Below, piece by piece: positions 9,333-18,993 of a DNA stretch of 64,000 nt. Positions within the stretch are counted from its first letter, which is position 1. Every line of letters begins with the position of its first letter. Both the position numbers and the translations under genes were made by a program. A model generated the notes under the pieces. The model did not search any database and was not told where the DNA came from. It was given only the letters and a program-made list of their open reading frames with translations. The stretch is taken from assembly GCA_018241645.1 (NCBI GenBank), contig JAFEDL010000017.1:33057-97056 (forward strand), in the 5' to 3' direction. This DNA is from Pseudomonadota bacterium. GTDB taxonomy: Bacteria; Pseudomonadota; Gammaproteobacteria; Burkholderiales; SG8-39.

Positions 9333-10823
9333 TCAGAACGCCGTGTCGAGGCGGCGATACTGGATGGCCTCCGCGAGGTGGGGCACGGCGATCCTTTCGC
9401 TTGTGGCGAGATCGGCAATGGTGCGGGCCACGCGCAGGATGCGGTGATAGGCGCGCGCCGAGAGCGACAGCCGGGCGATCGCCTGGCGCAGCAGGGTTTC
9501 CCCCTGGGGGCACGGCGAGCAATGCAGCGCGGTGTCGCTGACGCCAAGCAGGGCGTTTGCGCACCCTTGGCGCGACCTCTGCCCGTTGCGCGCGCGCTCG
9601 ATCCGGCCCCGCAGCACCGCACTCGATTCGCCCTGCGCCGATAGGGCGAACTCGTCGACGGGCAGCGCCGGGACCTCGATTTTCAGGTCGATCCGGTCCG
9701 CCAGCGGCCCGGAGAGGCGGCCGCGATAGCGCGCAACGGCGTCCGGCGTGCAACGGCATTTTCCGGACGGGTGGCCCAGGTATCCGCACGGGCAGGGATT
9801 CATTGCCGCCACGAGCTGGAAGCGCGCGGGAAACCGCGCGTGCCGCGCGGCGCGCGCGATCGACACGGTCCCGGTTTCCAGCGGCTCTCGCAACGTCTCC
9901 AGCACGCTGCGCGGATACTCGGGCAACTCGTCGAGGAACAGCACGCCGTGATGCGCCAGCGAGATTTCCCCTGGACGCGGATTTCCGCCGCCGCCGACAA
10001 GCGCCACCGCCGAAGCCGTGTGATGGGGGGAGCGATACGGCCGCCGGCCCCAGTGCGAGGGATCGAACCCTCCGGCCGCGGAGTGAATGGCCGCAACTTC
10101 CAGCGCCTCGCCGTCCTCGAGGCCGGGCAACAGGCCGGGAAACCGCGCGGCAAGCATTGACTTGCCCGCGCCCGGGGGACCGATCATCAGGAAACTGTGC
10201 CCGCCGGCAGCGGCCACTTCCAGCGCGCGCTTCGCGTGCGCCTGGCCTTTCACTTCCGCGAGGTCGGGGTAGTCATCGGCGCGCCTGTGCGCCTCGCCGC
10301 AATAGCGCTCGATCAGGCCTTCGCCGCGCAAATGCGCGCATACCTCGAGCAGCGACCGTGCCGGCAGGATCGCGGACGCTCCCGACAGCGCGGCCTCCGG
10401 GGCGTTTTGCGCGGGCAGCACGAAAGCGCGGCCGCGCGAGGCGAGCGCCATCGCGAGCGCGCCGCGCACCGGGCGCAGCTCGCCGGTGAGAGACAGTTCC
10501 CCGGCGAACTCGTGACCGGCCAGGGCGCCCGCCGGGATCTGGCCGCTTGCGGCCAGGATCCCGAGGGCAATGGGCAGGTCAAGCCGGCTCGAGTCCTTCG
10601 GCAGGTCCGCGGGCGCGAGGTTGACCGTGATGCGGCGCGCCGGAAATTCGAACTTCGCGTGGTTGAGCGCCGCCCTCACGCGATCCTTGGCCTCGCGCAC
10701 CTCCGCGTCCGGGAGGCCGACGATGGCGAATGTCGGCAGGCCGGGACCGAGATGGACCTCGACGGTAACTTCCGGCGCGCGTATCCCCACCAGCGCCCGG
10801 CTCCGCACCACTGCCAGCGACAT
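9333..10823 (-). CDS. comM: YifB/ComM-family Mg-chelatase-like AAA+ ATPase
   Basis: 496 aa with N-terminus MSLAVVRSRALVGIRAPEVTVEVHL, Walker A GPPGAGKS and a C-terminal ChlI-like region. Confidence 0.9.
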   Translation of the reverse strand: MSLAVVRSRALVGIRAPEVTVEVHLGPGLPTFAIVGLPDAEVREAKDRVRAALNHAKFEFPARRITVNLAPADLPKDSSRLDLPIALGILAASGQIPAGALAGHEFAGELSLTGELRPVRGALAMALASRGRAFVLPAQNAPEAALSGASAILPARSLLEVCAHLRGEGLIERYCGEAHRRADDYPDLAEVKGQAHAKRALEVAAAGGHSFLMIGPPGAGKSMLAARFPGLLPGLEDGEALEVAAIHSAAGGFDPSHWGRRPYRSPHHTASAVALVGGGGNPRPGEISLAHHGVLFLDELPEYPRSVLETLREPLETGTVSIARAARHARFPARFQLVAAMNPCPCGYLGHPSGKCRCTPDAVARYRGRLSGPLADRIDLKIEVPALPVDEFALSAQGESSAVLRGRIERARNGQRSRQGCANALLGVSDTALHCSPCPQGETLLRQAIARLSLSARAYHRILRVARTIADLATSERIAVPHLAEAIQYRRLDTAF

Positions 10824-10907
10824 GTGCCCTCCCGGCGCGGACCGCGCCCCGGCTACGATGAACGGTGAGGCCGGCCGCGGGGTTTACACGCGCGCGGAAA
10901 GTCGTCG

Positions 10908-11153
10908 CTAGACGCGGGGAGGCGTGTCCGTACCCTGCGCCGAGAGGCGCTTTTCGAGTTCCGCGATGCGGCCCAGGGCGCGTTCGAGGACCCGTTTCTG
11001 GACTTCGAAATCGTCGCGCGTCACAAGGTCGAAGCGCTCGAAGAATGCCGCAAGGAGGGCGCGCACGTTCTTCTCGACGTCCCGGGCCGGGGAGTTGGCC
11101 AGGACTTCGGAGAGTTTTGCGCCGATCTCGTCGAGGAGGCGGGGGTCGGTCAT
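10908..11153 (-). CDS. ubiK: UbiK/YqiC-family accessory factor (BMFP coiled-coil protein)
   Basis: Track ORF 10908-11213 trimmed to ATG 11153 (MTDPRLLDEIGAKLSEVLANSPARDVEKNVRALLAAFFERFDLVTRDDFEVQKRVLERA...). The small coiled-coil pattern is typical of YqiC/UbiK. Confidence 0.6.
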   Translation of the reverse strand: MTDPRLLDEIGAKLSEVLANSPARDVEKNVRALLAAFFERFDLVTRDDFEVQKRVLERALGRIAELEKRLSAQGTDTPPRV

Positions 11154-11291
11154 AGGCAGGGATGTAATGCTCGGATTTGGGCCGGAAACGCGGCTGCGAA
11201 TCGAGTCTAGCACGCAGCAATCCCGACGCCTTTTGCCCGGACCGCGGATGCGGCGCGTCTCGCACCAATGGTGAACAACCCTCGATCGAAA

Positions 11292-11308
11292 TGCGCCATT
11301 TTGGTGCG
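11292..11308 (+). promoter_or_regulatory. NtrC-type enhancer (UAS) site
   Basis: TGCGCCATTTTGGTGCG matches the 17-bp NtrC consensus TGCACCA-N3-TGGTGCA at all but 2 of the 14 specified positions. It lies about 70 nt upstream of the sigma-54 promoter. Confidence 0.6.
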
Positions 11309-11369
11309 CGTAGAACGCAAGCCCTTCTCAGGATGATTCTAACTTTATGAATTAATGAGAATTAAATTC

Positions 11370-11385
11370 TGGCACGGGAGGTGCT
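11370..11385 (+). promoter_or_regulatory. Sigma-54 (-24/-12) promoter
   Basis: TGGCACGGGAGGTGCT matches TGGCACG-N4-TTGCW with correct GG/GC spacing and one mismatch. An AT-rich tract (11341-11369) lies just upstream. RBS GGGAGA sits at 11411-11416, before ATG 11425. Confidence 0.65.
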
Positions 11386-11424
11386 AAATAAGGCACGCAT
11401 CCTTACAACCGGGAGATCATCGTC

Positions 11425-12676
<1,252 letters not shown>

Positions 12677-12686
12677 GGAGATGGAC

Positions 12687-14204
12687 ATGAAAAGACTGTT
12701 TAGCTACATCGCGCTGACGGCAGCGCTTGCGTTCGGCGGCAACGCCATTGCGCAGGACAAGGCCGCGGCGCCCGCAGCCGAGGCAAAACCCGCGGCCGCC
12801 GCTCCCGCGGAAGCCGCAAAGCCTGCCGCGGCACCGGCCGCGCCGTCCGCAGCTCCAGCTGCGGACGCGAAGCCGGCGGAGGCGCCCAAACCCAAGGTCG
12901 ACAAGGGTGATACCGCGTGGATGCTGGTCGCCACGTGCCTCGTCATCCTGATGACGATCCCGGGCCTCGCGCTCTTCTATGCGGGCATGGTGCGTTCGAA
13001 AAACGTGCTCTCCGTGCTGATGCAGGTATTCGTGTGCTTCTGCATGATCGCGGTGCTGTGGGTCATCTACGGGTACTCGGTCGCCTTCAGCGGGGGCAAC
13101 GCCTACTTCGGGGGCTTTTCGAAGATGTTCCTGTCCGGCGTGAATGCGGACGCGGTCGCGGCAACCTTCTCCAAGGGCGTCGTGATCCCGGAGCTCGCGT
13201 TCGTCGCGTTCCAGCTGACCTTCGCGGCCATCACGCCGGCCTTGATCGTCGGCGCGTTCGCCGAGCGGGTGAAGTTCTCCGCCGTGCTGGTGTTCCTGGT
13301 CCTCTGGTTCACGTTCGCCTACCTGCCGATCGCGCACATGGTCTGGTACTGGGACGGCCCCGACGCAATCACGGACGCCAAGACGCTTGAAACCGTCACA
13401 GCGGCCGCGGGCTGGCTGTGGGCGAAAGGCGCGCTGGACTTCGCCGGCGGCACCGTCGTGCACCTGAACGCCGGCATTGCCGGCCTGGTCGGCGCGTACG
13501 TGATCGGCAAGCGGGTCGGCTACGGCAAGGAGTCGATGGCCCCGCACAACCTGCCGCTCACGATGGTCGGCGCGTGCCTGCTGTGGGTGGGCTGGTTCGG
13601 TTTCAACGCCGGCTCCAACCTCGAAGCGAACGGCACGACGGCGGCGGCCTTCCTCAACACGCTGGTCGCGACCGCGGCCGCCACGCTCTCCTGGTCGCTG
13701 ATCGAATCGATCGGCAAGGGCAAGGCTTCCATGCTCGGCGCGGTGTCCGGCGCCGTGGCCGGCCTGGTGGCGATCACCCCGGCGTGCGGGTTCGTCGGCA
13801 CGATGGGTGCCCTGGTCCTCGGCGCGATCGCCGGCCTGGTCTGCTACTGGGGCGTGAACGGGCTGAAGCGCCTGCTGGGCGCGGATGACTCGCTCGACGT
13901 CTTCGGCGTGCACGGCGTCGGCGGCGCGACCGGTGCGATCCTGACCGGCGTGTTCGCCGCGCCCTCCCTGGGCGGCACCGGCATCTACGACTACGTGGCC
14001 AACAAGGCCGGGGATGCGTACTCGATCTGGGACCAGGTGGTCATCCAGGCGACGGGCTGCCTCACCACGCTGGTCTGGTCCGGGGTCGTCGCCTTCATCG
14101 CCTTCAAGCTGGTCGACCTGACCATCGGGCTGCGCGTGACGGAAGAAGAAGAGCGCGAAGGCCTGGACGTGTCCACCCACGGCGAGGGCGCTTACCGCAT
14201 GTGA
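12687..14204 (+). CDS. amtB: Ammonium transporter AmtB with N-terminal Ala/Pro-rich extension
   Basis: Track ORF 12660-14204 trimmed to ATG 12687, which has RBS GGGAGA 8 nt upstream. Signal peptide MKRLFSYIALTAALAFGGNAIA is followed by a low-complexity spacer and then an Amt/MEP core (DFAGGTVVHLNAGIAGL, FGVHGVGGATGAILTG). Confidence 0.9.
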   Translation: MKRLFSYIALTAALAFGGNAIAQDKAAAPAAEAKPAAAAPAEAAKPAAAPAAPSAAPAADAKPAEAPKPKVDKGDTAWMLVATCLVILMTIPGLALFYAGMVRSKNVLSVLMQVFVCFCMIAVLWVIYGYSVAFSGGNAYFGGFSKMFLSGVNADAVAATFSKGVVIPELAFVAFQLTFAAITPALIVGAFAERVKFSAVLVFLVLWFTFAYLPIAHMVWYWDGPDAITDAKTLETVTAAAGWLWAKGALDFAGGTVVHLNAGIAGLVGAYVIGKRVGYGKESMAPHNLPLTMVGACLLWVGWFGFNAGSNLEANGTTAAAFLNTLVATAAATLSWSLIESIGKGKASMLGAVSGAVAGLVAITPACGFVGTMGALVLGAIAGLVCYWGVNGLKRLLGADDSLDVFGVHGVGGATGAILTGVFAAPSLGGTGIYDYVANKAGDAYSIWDQVVIQATGCLTTLVWSGVVAFIAFKLVDLTIGLRVTEEEEREGLDVSTHGEGAYRM

Positions 14205-14269
14205 GAAACGGGCGCGCCGCGGGAAGCGGCACGCCCACTGCGAATTACCTAGGTCCTCCTCCTAGTCTT

Positions 14270-14297
14270 AGGGCGCCTGCGGGCGCCCTTTTCTTTT
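14270..14297 (+). terminator. Rho-independent terminator after amtB
   Basis: AGGGCGCC-TGCG-GGCGCCCT forms an 8-bp stem followed by TTTCTTTT. Confidence 0.7.
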
Positions 14298-14326
14298 GGG
14301 CGCGGCCCCCTCGAAAGCCGACGCGA

Positions 14327-15028
14327 TCAGCCCGCGATAACGAGGCTGCCGAGCCGCTCCGGGTCCGCGAGCAGTTCTGCGCTGGACCCGCTGTAGACGA
14401 TGCGCCCGCGATTGAGCACCAGCGCCTGGTCGGTCACCTCGAGGGCGAGCTTGGCGGATTGCTCGACCAGGACCACGGTCAGGGACTCCTCCCGCGCCAG
14501 CCGCTGGATCGCGGCCAGCAGGGTGTCCACGATGATCGGCGCCAGCCCCTCGAGCGGCTCGTCGAGGAGCAGCAACGAGGGGTCGCCCATCAGCGCGCGG
14601 CCCATTGCGAGCATCTGCTGCTCACCGCCCGAGATCTGGTTGCCCATGTGCGCGCGCCGTTCGGCGAGGCGGGGGAAAAGGTCATAGACGCGCTCCTGCG
14701 ACCAGCGGCCCGGGCGCCCGGCGACGGCGAGGTTCTCCTCGACCGAGAGCGACGGGAAGATGTCGCGCGTTTGCGGCACATACCCGATCCCGAGCCGGGA
14801 ACGTTCGTGCACCGCCAGTCGATCGACCGAGCGCCCCCGGAACTCGATGCGCCCGGCGTGAAACGTGGTCAGTCCCATGATCGTGGCAAGCATGGTGGTC
14901 TTGCCCACCCCGTTCCTGCCGAGCACGGCCAGCGCGTCCCGCTCCGCCAGCGAGAACCCGACGTCCTCGAGGACGACCGTGGCGCCATAGCCGGCGCGCA
15001 CCCCTTCGAGCCTGAGGGCCTCAGGCAT
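14327..15028 (-). CDS. ABC transporter ATP-binding protein, LivF type
   Basis: Track ORF 14327-15136 trimmed to ATG 15028 (MPEALRLEGVRAGYGATVVLEDV...). Walker A GRNGVGKTT, signature ISGGEQQML and Walker B LLLLDEP. It overlaps the upstream gene by 8 nt. Confidence 0.85.
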   Translation of the reverse strand: MPEALRLEGVRAGYGATVVLEDVGFSLAERDALAVLGRNGVGKTTMLATIMGLTTFHAGRIEFRGRSVDRLAVHERSRLGIGYVPQTRDIFPSLSVEENLAVAGRPGRWSQERVYDLFPRLAERRAHMGNQISGGEQQMLAMGRALMGDPSLLLLDEPLEGLAPIIVDTLLAAIQRLAREESLTVVLVEQSAKLALEVTDQALVLNRGRIVYSGSSAELLADPERLGSLVIAG

Positions 15029-15770
15029 GGCGCTCCCCGAGGTAGACCTGGTGCACGCGGACGTCGTCGGCGATTTCCTGCGGGGTACCTTCGCACAGCA
15101 CCTCGCCCTGGACCAGCACCGTGATCCGCCGCGCAAACCGGAAGACGAGGTCCATGTCGTGTTCGATGATCAGGATCGCAATGTCCTCCGGCAGGCTGTC
15201 GAGGGCCTGCAGGATGCGCTCGGATTCGAGGGACGGCACCCCGGCTGCCGGCTCGTCGAGCAGGAGCACCCTGGGTTTGAGCCCGAGCGCGATCGCGATC
15301 TCGACGAGGCGCTGCTTGCCGTAGGGCAGGTCGAGGACGCGGCGACCGGCCTCGTCCGCGATGCCAAGCCTGGCAAGCAGCTCGAGCGACTCCTCGCGCA
15401 CCGCCCTCTGCCCGCTCGCGGGGCGCCAGAATCCGCCCGCGACGCCGTGCCGCTCGGCAACGCCGAGCGCTACGTTGTCGAGGACGCTCATGTCGCGAAA
15501 CAGCGTGTTGATCTGGAAGGTCCGCCCCAGGCCGCGCTTGACCCGGCCCGACTGGGCAAGCGCCGTCACGTCCTCGCCGCCGAGCAGGACCGTTCCGGAC
15601 GACGGCCGCAGCAATCCCGTGAGCAGGTTGACGAAGGTCGTCTTCCCCGCACCGTTGGGCCCGATCAGCGCATGCCGCGCGCCGGATTCGAGCCGGAAAT
15701 CGATCCGGTCGGCGACCGTGAGGGCGCCGAAGCTCTTGCAGAGTCCGCGGGTCTCGAGGGCGGCGCTCAC
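15021..15770 (-). CDS. ABC transporter ATP-binding protein, LivG type
   Basis: C-terminal part of track ORF 15021-16691. GTG start at 15770 (VSAALETRGLCKSFGALTVADRI...) overlaps the permease stop (GTGA). Walker A GPNGAGKTT and Walker B LLLLDEP. Confidence 0.85.
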   Translation of the reverse strand: MSAALETRGLCKSFGALTVADRIDFRLESGARHALIGPNGAGKTTFVNLLTGLLRPSSGTVLLGGEDVTALAQSGRVKRGLGRTFQINTLFRDMSVLDNVALGVAERHGVAGGFWRPASGQRAVREESLELLARLGIADEAGRRVLDLPYGKQRLVEIAIALGLKPRVLLLDEPAAGVPSLESERILQALDSLPEDIAILIIEHDMDLVFRFARRITVLVQGEVLCEGTPQEIADDVRVHQVYLGERHA

Positions 15771-16741
15771 GCCTTCCTCCGCATCCGGGCAATCACCGCA
15801 TCCGAAATGCCGAGGATGCCGCCACGCGCAAACAGCACGACGACCACCAGCATCAGGCCGATGCCGAAGTACCAGTACTCGGGGAACTGCCGCGCGAGGA
15901 AATCCTGCGCGATCAGGAACACCAGCGGGCCGACGAACGCGCCGTAGAGGCGTCCCACCCCGCCGAGGATCAGCATGACCAGCAATTCCCCGGAAGGCTC
16001 GAACCCCAGCACGTTCAGCCCGACGAACTGGTTGGTCTGGGTAAGCAGCGCGCCGGCGATCCCGGCGATGGCGGCCGACAGGGTATAGACCGTGAGAAGC
16101 CGCTTGTATACCGGCGCGCCCACGGCGTGCATGCGCACGCTGTTCTCGCGGATGCCGGTCAATGCCGCACCGAACGGCGAGTAGATCAGCCTGCGGATCA
16201 GCCACCAGCCGCCGAATACCAGCACCAGGCACCACAGGTACGCGGTCCTTCCATACATGTCGAACCTGAAAAGCCCGAGGATCGGGGCAACCGTGACCCC
16301 GGAGAGACCGTCCGCCCCTCCGGTGACCGGCGTGGCCTTGTTGGCGACCTCGAGGCAGACGGCCGCCACCGCCAGGGTGAGCATGAGCTGCGTGAGGCCG
16401 TGCGTGCGCAGCACGAGCGCGCCCGTCGCCAGGCCCAGCAGCCCGGCCGCACACGCGCTGCACAGCATCTGCAGCAGCGGGTCGTTGACCCCCAGCTTGG
16501 CGGAGAGGATTCCGGTGACATAGGCGCCGAGGCCGAAGAACGCCGCGTGCCCCAGGGTGATGATGCCCGCGTAGCCCAGGATCAGGTCGAGGGACAGGGC
16601 GAACAGGATGTAGGTGAGGACCCGCGCGCCCAGCGACAGGTAGTCCGGCAGCAGGAAGAACACCGCCAGCGCCACCACCCAGGGCAGCCATTCGGTCCAG
16701 CGCAGGCGATGATCCGCGTTGTATCCGACCGGGTGGTTCAT
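15767..16741 (-). CDS. Branched-chain-amino-acid-type ABC permease, LivM type
   Basis: Track ORF 15767-17110 trimmed to ATG 16741 (MNHPVGYNADHRLRWTEWLPWVVALAVFF...). Polytopic membrane protein. ATGA overlap with the upstream permease stop. Confidence 0.85.
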   Translation of the reverse strand: MNHPVGYNADHRLRWTEWLPWVVALAVFFLLPDYLSLGARVLTYILFALSLDLILGYAGIITLGHAAFFGLGAYVTGILSAKLGVNDPLLQMLCSACAAGLLGLATGALVLRTHGLTQLMLTLAVAAVCLEVANKATPVTGGADGLSGVTVAPILGLFRFDMYGRTAYLWCLVLVFGGWWLIRRLIYSPFGAALTGIRENSVRMHAVGAPVYKRLLTVYTLSAAIAGIAGALLTQTNQFVGLNVLGFEPSGELLVMLILGGVGRLYGAFVGPLVFLIAQDFLARQFPEYWYFGIGLMLVVVVLFARGGILGISDAVIARMRRKA

Positions 16742-17613
16742 GTCCGCTTCCCGAAGAGACCCATCGGGCGCCACAGCAGCAGGCCGATCGTCGCCGCGTA
16801 AATGAAGAACGCGCCGAACTGCGGCAGCCAGTATTTGCAGGCCGTGTCGGTAATGCCGATCAGCAGCGCGGCCACGAACGGCCCGCGCAGGCTGCCGAGG
16901 CCGCCCACCGAGACGACGATCAGGAAGTACACCAGCTGCTCGAAGGGATAAGTCGGCTGGATGGCCACGATGTCCGCGCCGAGCGCGCCTCCCAGGCCCG
17001 CCAGCCCGCTGCCGACCGCGAAGGTGATCGTGAACAGGCGCCTGGTGTTGATGCCTATGGCCTGCGCCATCGCACGGTTGTCGACTGCAGCGCGCACCAT
17101 GGCGCCCCACAGCGTGCGTTCCAGCCCGAACCAGAGGGCGCCGATCATTGCGGCACTGAACACGATCAGGAATACGCGATACGCGGGGAAATCACGCCCG
17201 AGCAATGCGAATTGGCCCTTGAGGTAGTCGGGCAGGACCACCGGCTGCTGCAGCGTGCCGTAGAGCAGCCGCGCGACCGCAACCGACATGAAGATCAGGC
17301 CGATCGTGAACAGGACCTGCTCGAGCTCGGAGGCGCCGTACAGGCGCGAGTAGAGGAACCGCTCGAGGACGACGCTCGCCGCAGCCACCAGCACGAATGC
17401 AAGGACGAGGGCGAGCGCAAAAGGCAGGTGGAACCGGCTCAGGGACGTGACGAGCACGTAGCCCCCCGCCATTGCAAAGACGCCGTGGGCCAGGTTGGTG
17501 AATCCCATCAGGCCCATCGTCACCGACAGCCCGACCGAGATCACGTACAGGATCATCCCGTACGCAACGCCGTGGAAGGCGACACTGACCAGGGATGAGA
17601 TGAAGGCTTGCAT
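16738..17613 (-). CDS. Branched-chain-amino-acid-type ABC permease, LivH type
   Basis: 291-aa polytopic membrane protein beginning MQAFISSLVSVAFHGVAYGMILYVISVGLSVTMGLMGFTNLAHG. Confidence 0.85.
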   Translation of the reverse strand: MQAFISSLVSVAFHGVAYGMILYVISVGLSVTMGLMGFTNLAHGVFAMAGGYVLVTSLSRFHLPFALALVLAFVLVAAASVVLERFLYSRLYGASELEQVLFTIGLIFMSVAVARLLYGTLQQPVVLPDYLKGQFALLGRDFPAYRVFLIVFSAAMIGALWFGLERTLWGAMVRAAVDNRAMAQAIGINTRRLFTITFAVGSGLAGLGGALGADIVAIQPTYPFEQLVYFLIVVSVGGLGSLRGPFVAALLIGITDTACKYWLPQFGAFFIYAATIGLLLWRPMGLFGKRT

Positions 17614-17648
17614 GGATGCGGGACTGGGGAGAGGCGCTGTGTCCGGGC

Positions 17649-17685
17649 AAAAAAAAGCCCCCGCGCCTTGCGTGTGCGCGGGGGC
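17649..17685 (-). terminator. Strong rho-independent terminator between binding-protein gene and permease genes
   Basis: The minus strand reads GCCCCCGCGC-ACACGCAAG-GCGCGGGGGC, a 10-bp GC stem, followed by TTTTTTTT. Confidence 0.75.
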
Positions 17686-17694
17686 CGTCGTGTA

Positions 17695-18888
17695 TTACTT
17701 CTTCTTCTCGAATTCCTTCAGCGGATCCTTGATCGCGGTCGTGATGGTCTCGAGTTCCACGTTGGCGAGCTTGCCGCCGACCTTGCGCACTTCGCGCAGG
17801 TACTCCGGATTGATCACGTCACGGGTCTCCGGGTCGATCGACATCGGGCCGCGCGGGCTGGTCGTGCTCTTGTATTGCTTCAGGATCTCCATCGTCTTGT
17901 CGGGATCGATCTTGCCACCCTGCGCGCGGATGGCGCCGTAGATTGCATCCATCGCGTCCCAGGCGCCCACCACCATGAAGCCCGGATTCAGGTCGGCGCC
18001 GTACTCCTTCTTGTAGGCGGCGACGAAGGCCTTGTTGGCCGGCCGGTCGGCGGCCGCCGAATAGTGGTGCATCGTTATTACGCCCAGTGCCGCATCGCCC
18101 ATGCCCTGCAGTTCCTCGTCGGTGGTGATGTCGCCGGTCCCGAGGTACTTGATGTTGGCCTTGTCCATGCCGAGGTCACCGTAGGCCTTCATCATCGCCG
18201 TGGCCTGCTTGCCGGCCGGGTTGAAGGCAAACAGCACGTCCGGCTTCGCGTCCTTGATGCGCTGCATGAACGGCACGAAGTCGGGGTTGGCGAGCGGGAT
18301 GCGCACGGTGCCGACCACCTCTCCGCCGCCTTCCTTGAACCCCCTGACGAAGCAGCCCTCGGCCTCGTGGCCGGGCGCGAAATCGCTGACCGCCGAATAG
18401 GCCTTCTTGTACTTCTTCGCCGCCCATTGACCGAGCGGATAGGCCGACTGGCACAGGGTGAACGACACGCGCGCCATGTACGGCGACATGCCGACGACCT
18501 TGGCGCCCGACGCGTTCGCGCTGACGAAGGGGATCTTGGCCTCGGCGGTAAGCGGCGCAATCGCCGCCATGTTGGGCGTCCACACGACCCCGGTCAGGAT
18601 CTGGACCTTGTCGCGCACGATCAGTTCCTGCGCGATGCGTTTGGCGACATCGCCGTTCGCGCCGGTGTCGTCGCGCGTGATGAGTTCGACCTTGACGCCG
18701 GGCGGCAGCTTGTCGGCGTGGAGCTTCATGTAAAGCTTTGCGCCCTTGTCGATCTGGTCGCCCTGGGCGGCACCGGGGCCGCTATAGGTGCTGATGAGGC
18801 CGATCTTGACCGTCTGGGCCGCGGCCGGGAATGCACAGGCCATGGCGGCTGCCGCCAAGCCCACGCACAGGGACATTCTGGTTTTCAT
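17695..18888 (-). CDS. ABC transporter periplasmic substrate-binding protein (LivJ/K-like, type I PBP)
   Basis: 397 aa with signal peptide MKTRMSLCVGLAAAAMACAFPAAAQ followed by TVKIGLISTYSGPGAAQG, as in Leu/Ile/Val-type binding proteins. Confidence 0.85.
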   Translation of the reverse strand: MKTRMSLCVGLAAAAMACAFPAAAQTVKIGLISTYSGPGAAQGDQIDKGAKLYMKLHADKLPPGVKVELITRDDTGANGDVAKRIAQELIVRDKVQILTGVVWTPNMAAIAPLTAEAKIPFVSANASGAKVVGMSPYMARVSFTLCQSAYPLGQWAAKKYKKAYSAVSDFAPGHEAEGCFVRGFKEGGGEVVGTVRIPLANPDFVPFMQRIKDAKPDVLFAFNPAGKQATAMMKAYGDLGMDKANIKYLGTGDITTDEELQGMGDAALGVITMHHYSAAADRPANKAFVAAYKKEYGADLNPGFMVVGAWDAMDAIYGAIRAQGGKIDPDKTMEILKQYKSTTSPRGPMSIDPETRDVINPEYLREVRKVGGKLANVELETITTAIKDPLKEFEKKK

Positions 18889-18993
18889 TTGTTCTCCTCC
18901 TCTCCGATGGCAAAAGCCGGTAGTCAGCGGCCTGCAAGCGACCCCGGGCGGTTCATTCTTTAGTCTATCAAAGATCGTTTAGCATACCTGACT

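Noticed and set aside
11262-11273. Second NtrC-like site GCACCAATGGTG about 33 nt upstream of the main site
   Set aside because: It is palindromic (CACCA-A-TGGTG), but the half-site spacing is 1 nt instead of the 3 nt of the NtrC consensus. It may be a weak or unrelated site, and there is not enough evidence to annotate it.
12756-12896. GC-rich quasi-periodic GCN/CCN repeats (also at about 3520-3640 and 44721-44891) that look like tandem DNA repeats
   Set aside because: They lie in-frame inside amtB, accB and the topoisomerase gene and encode Ala/Pro/Lys linkers. They have no constant repeat unit or spacers, so they are not a CRISPR array or VNTR.
14250-14267. CCTAGG...CCTAG small inverted repeat after amtB
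   Set aside because: It has only a 5-bp stem with a pyrimidine loop and is weaker than the adjacent canonical terminator (14270-14297). It is probably incidental.
18889-18993. Possible operator (TCTTT-N8-AAAGA at about 18955-18972) or sigma-54 site (TGGCAAAAGCC) in the ABC-importer / CoA-ligase divergent region
   Set aside because: The inverted repeat has only 5-bp arms. The TGGCA element lacks a correctly spaced GC at -12. There is no regulator gene nearby to anchor an interpretation.
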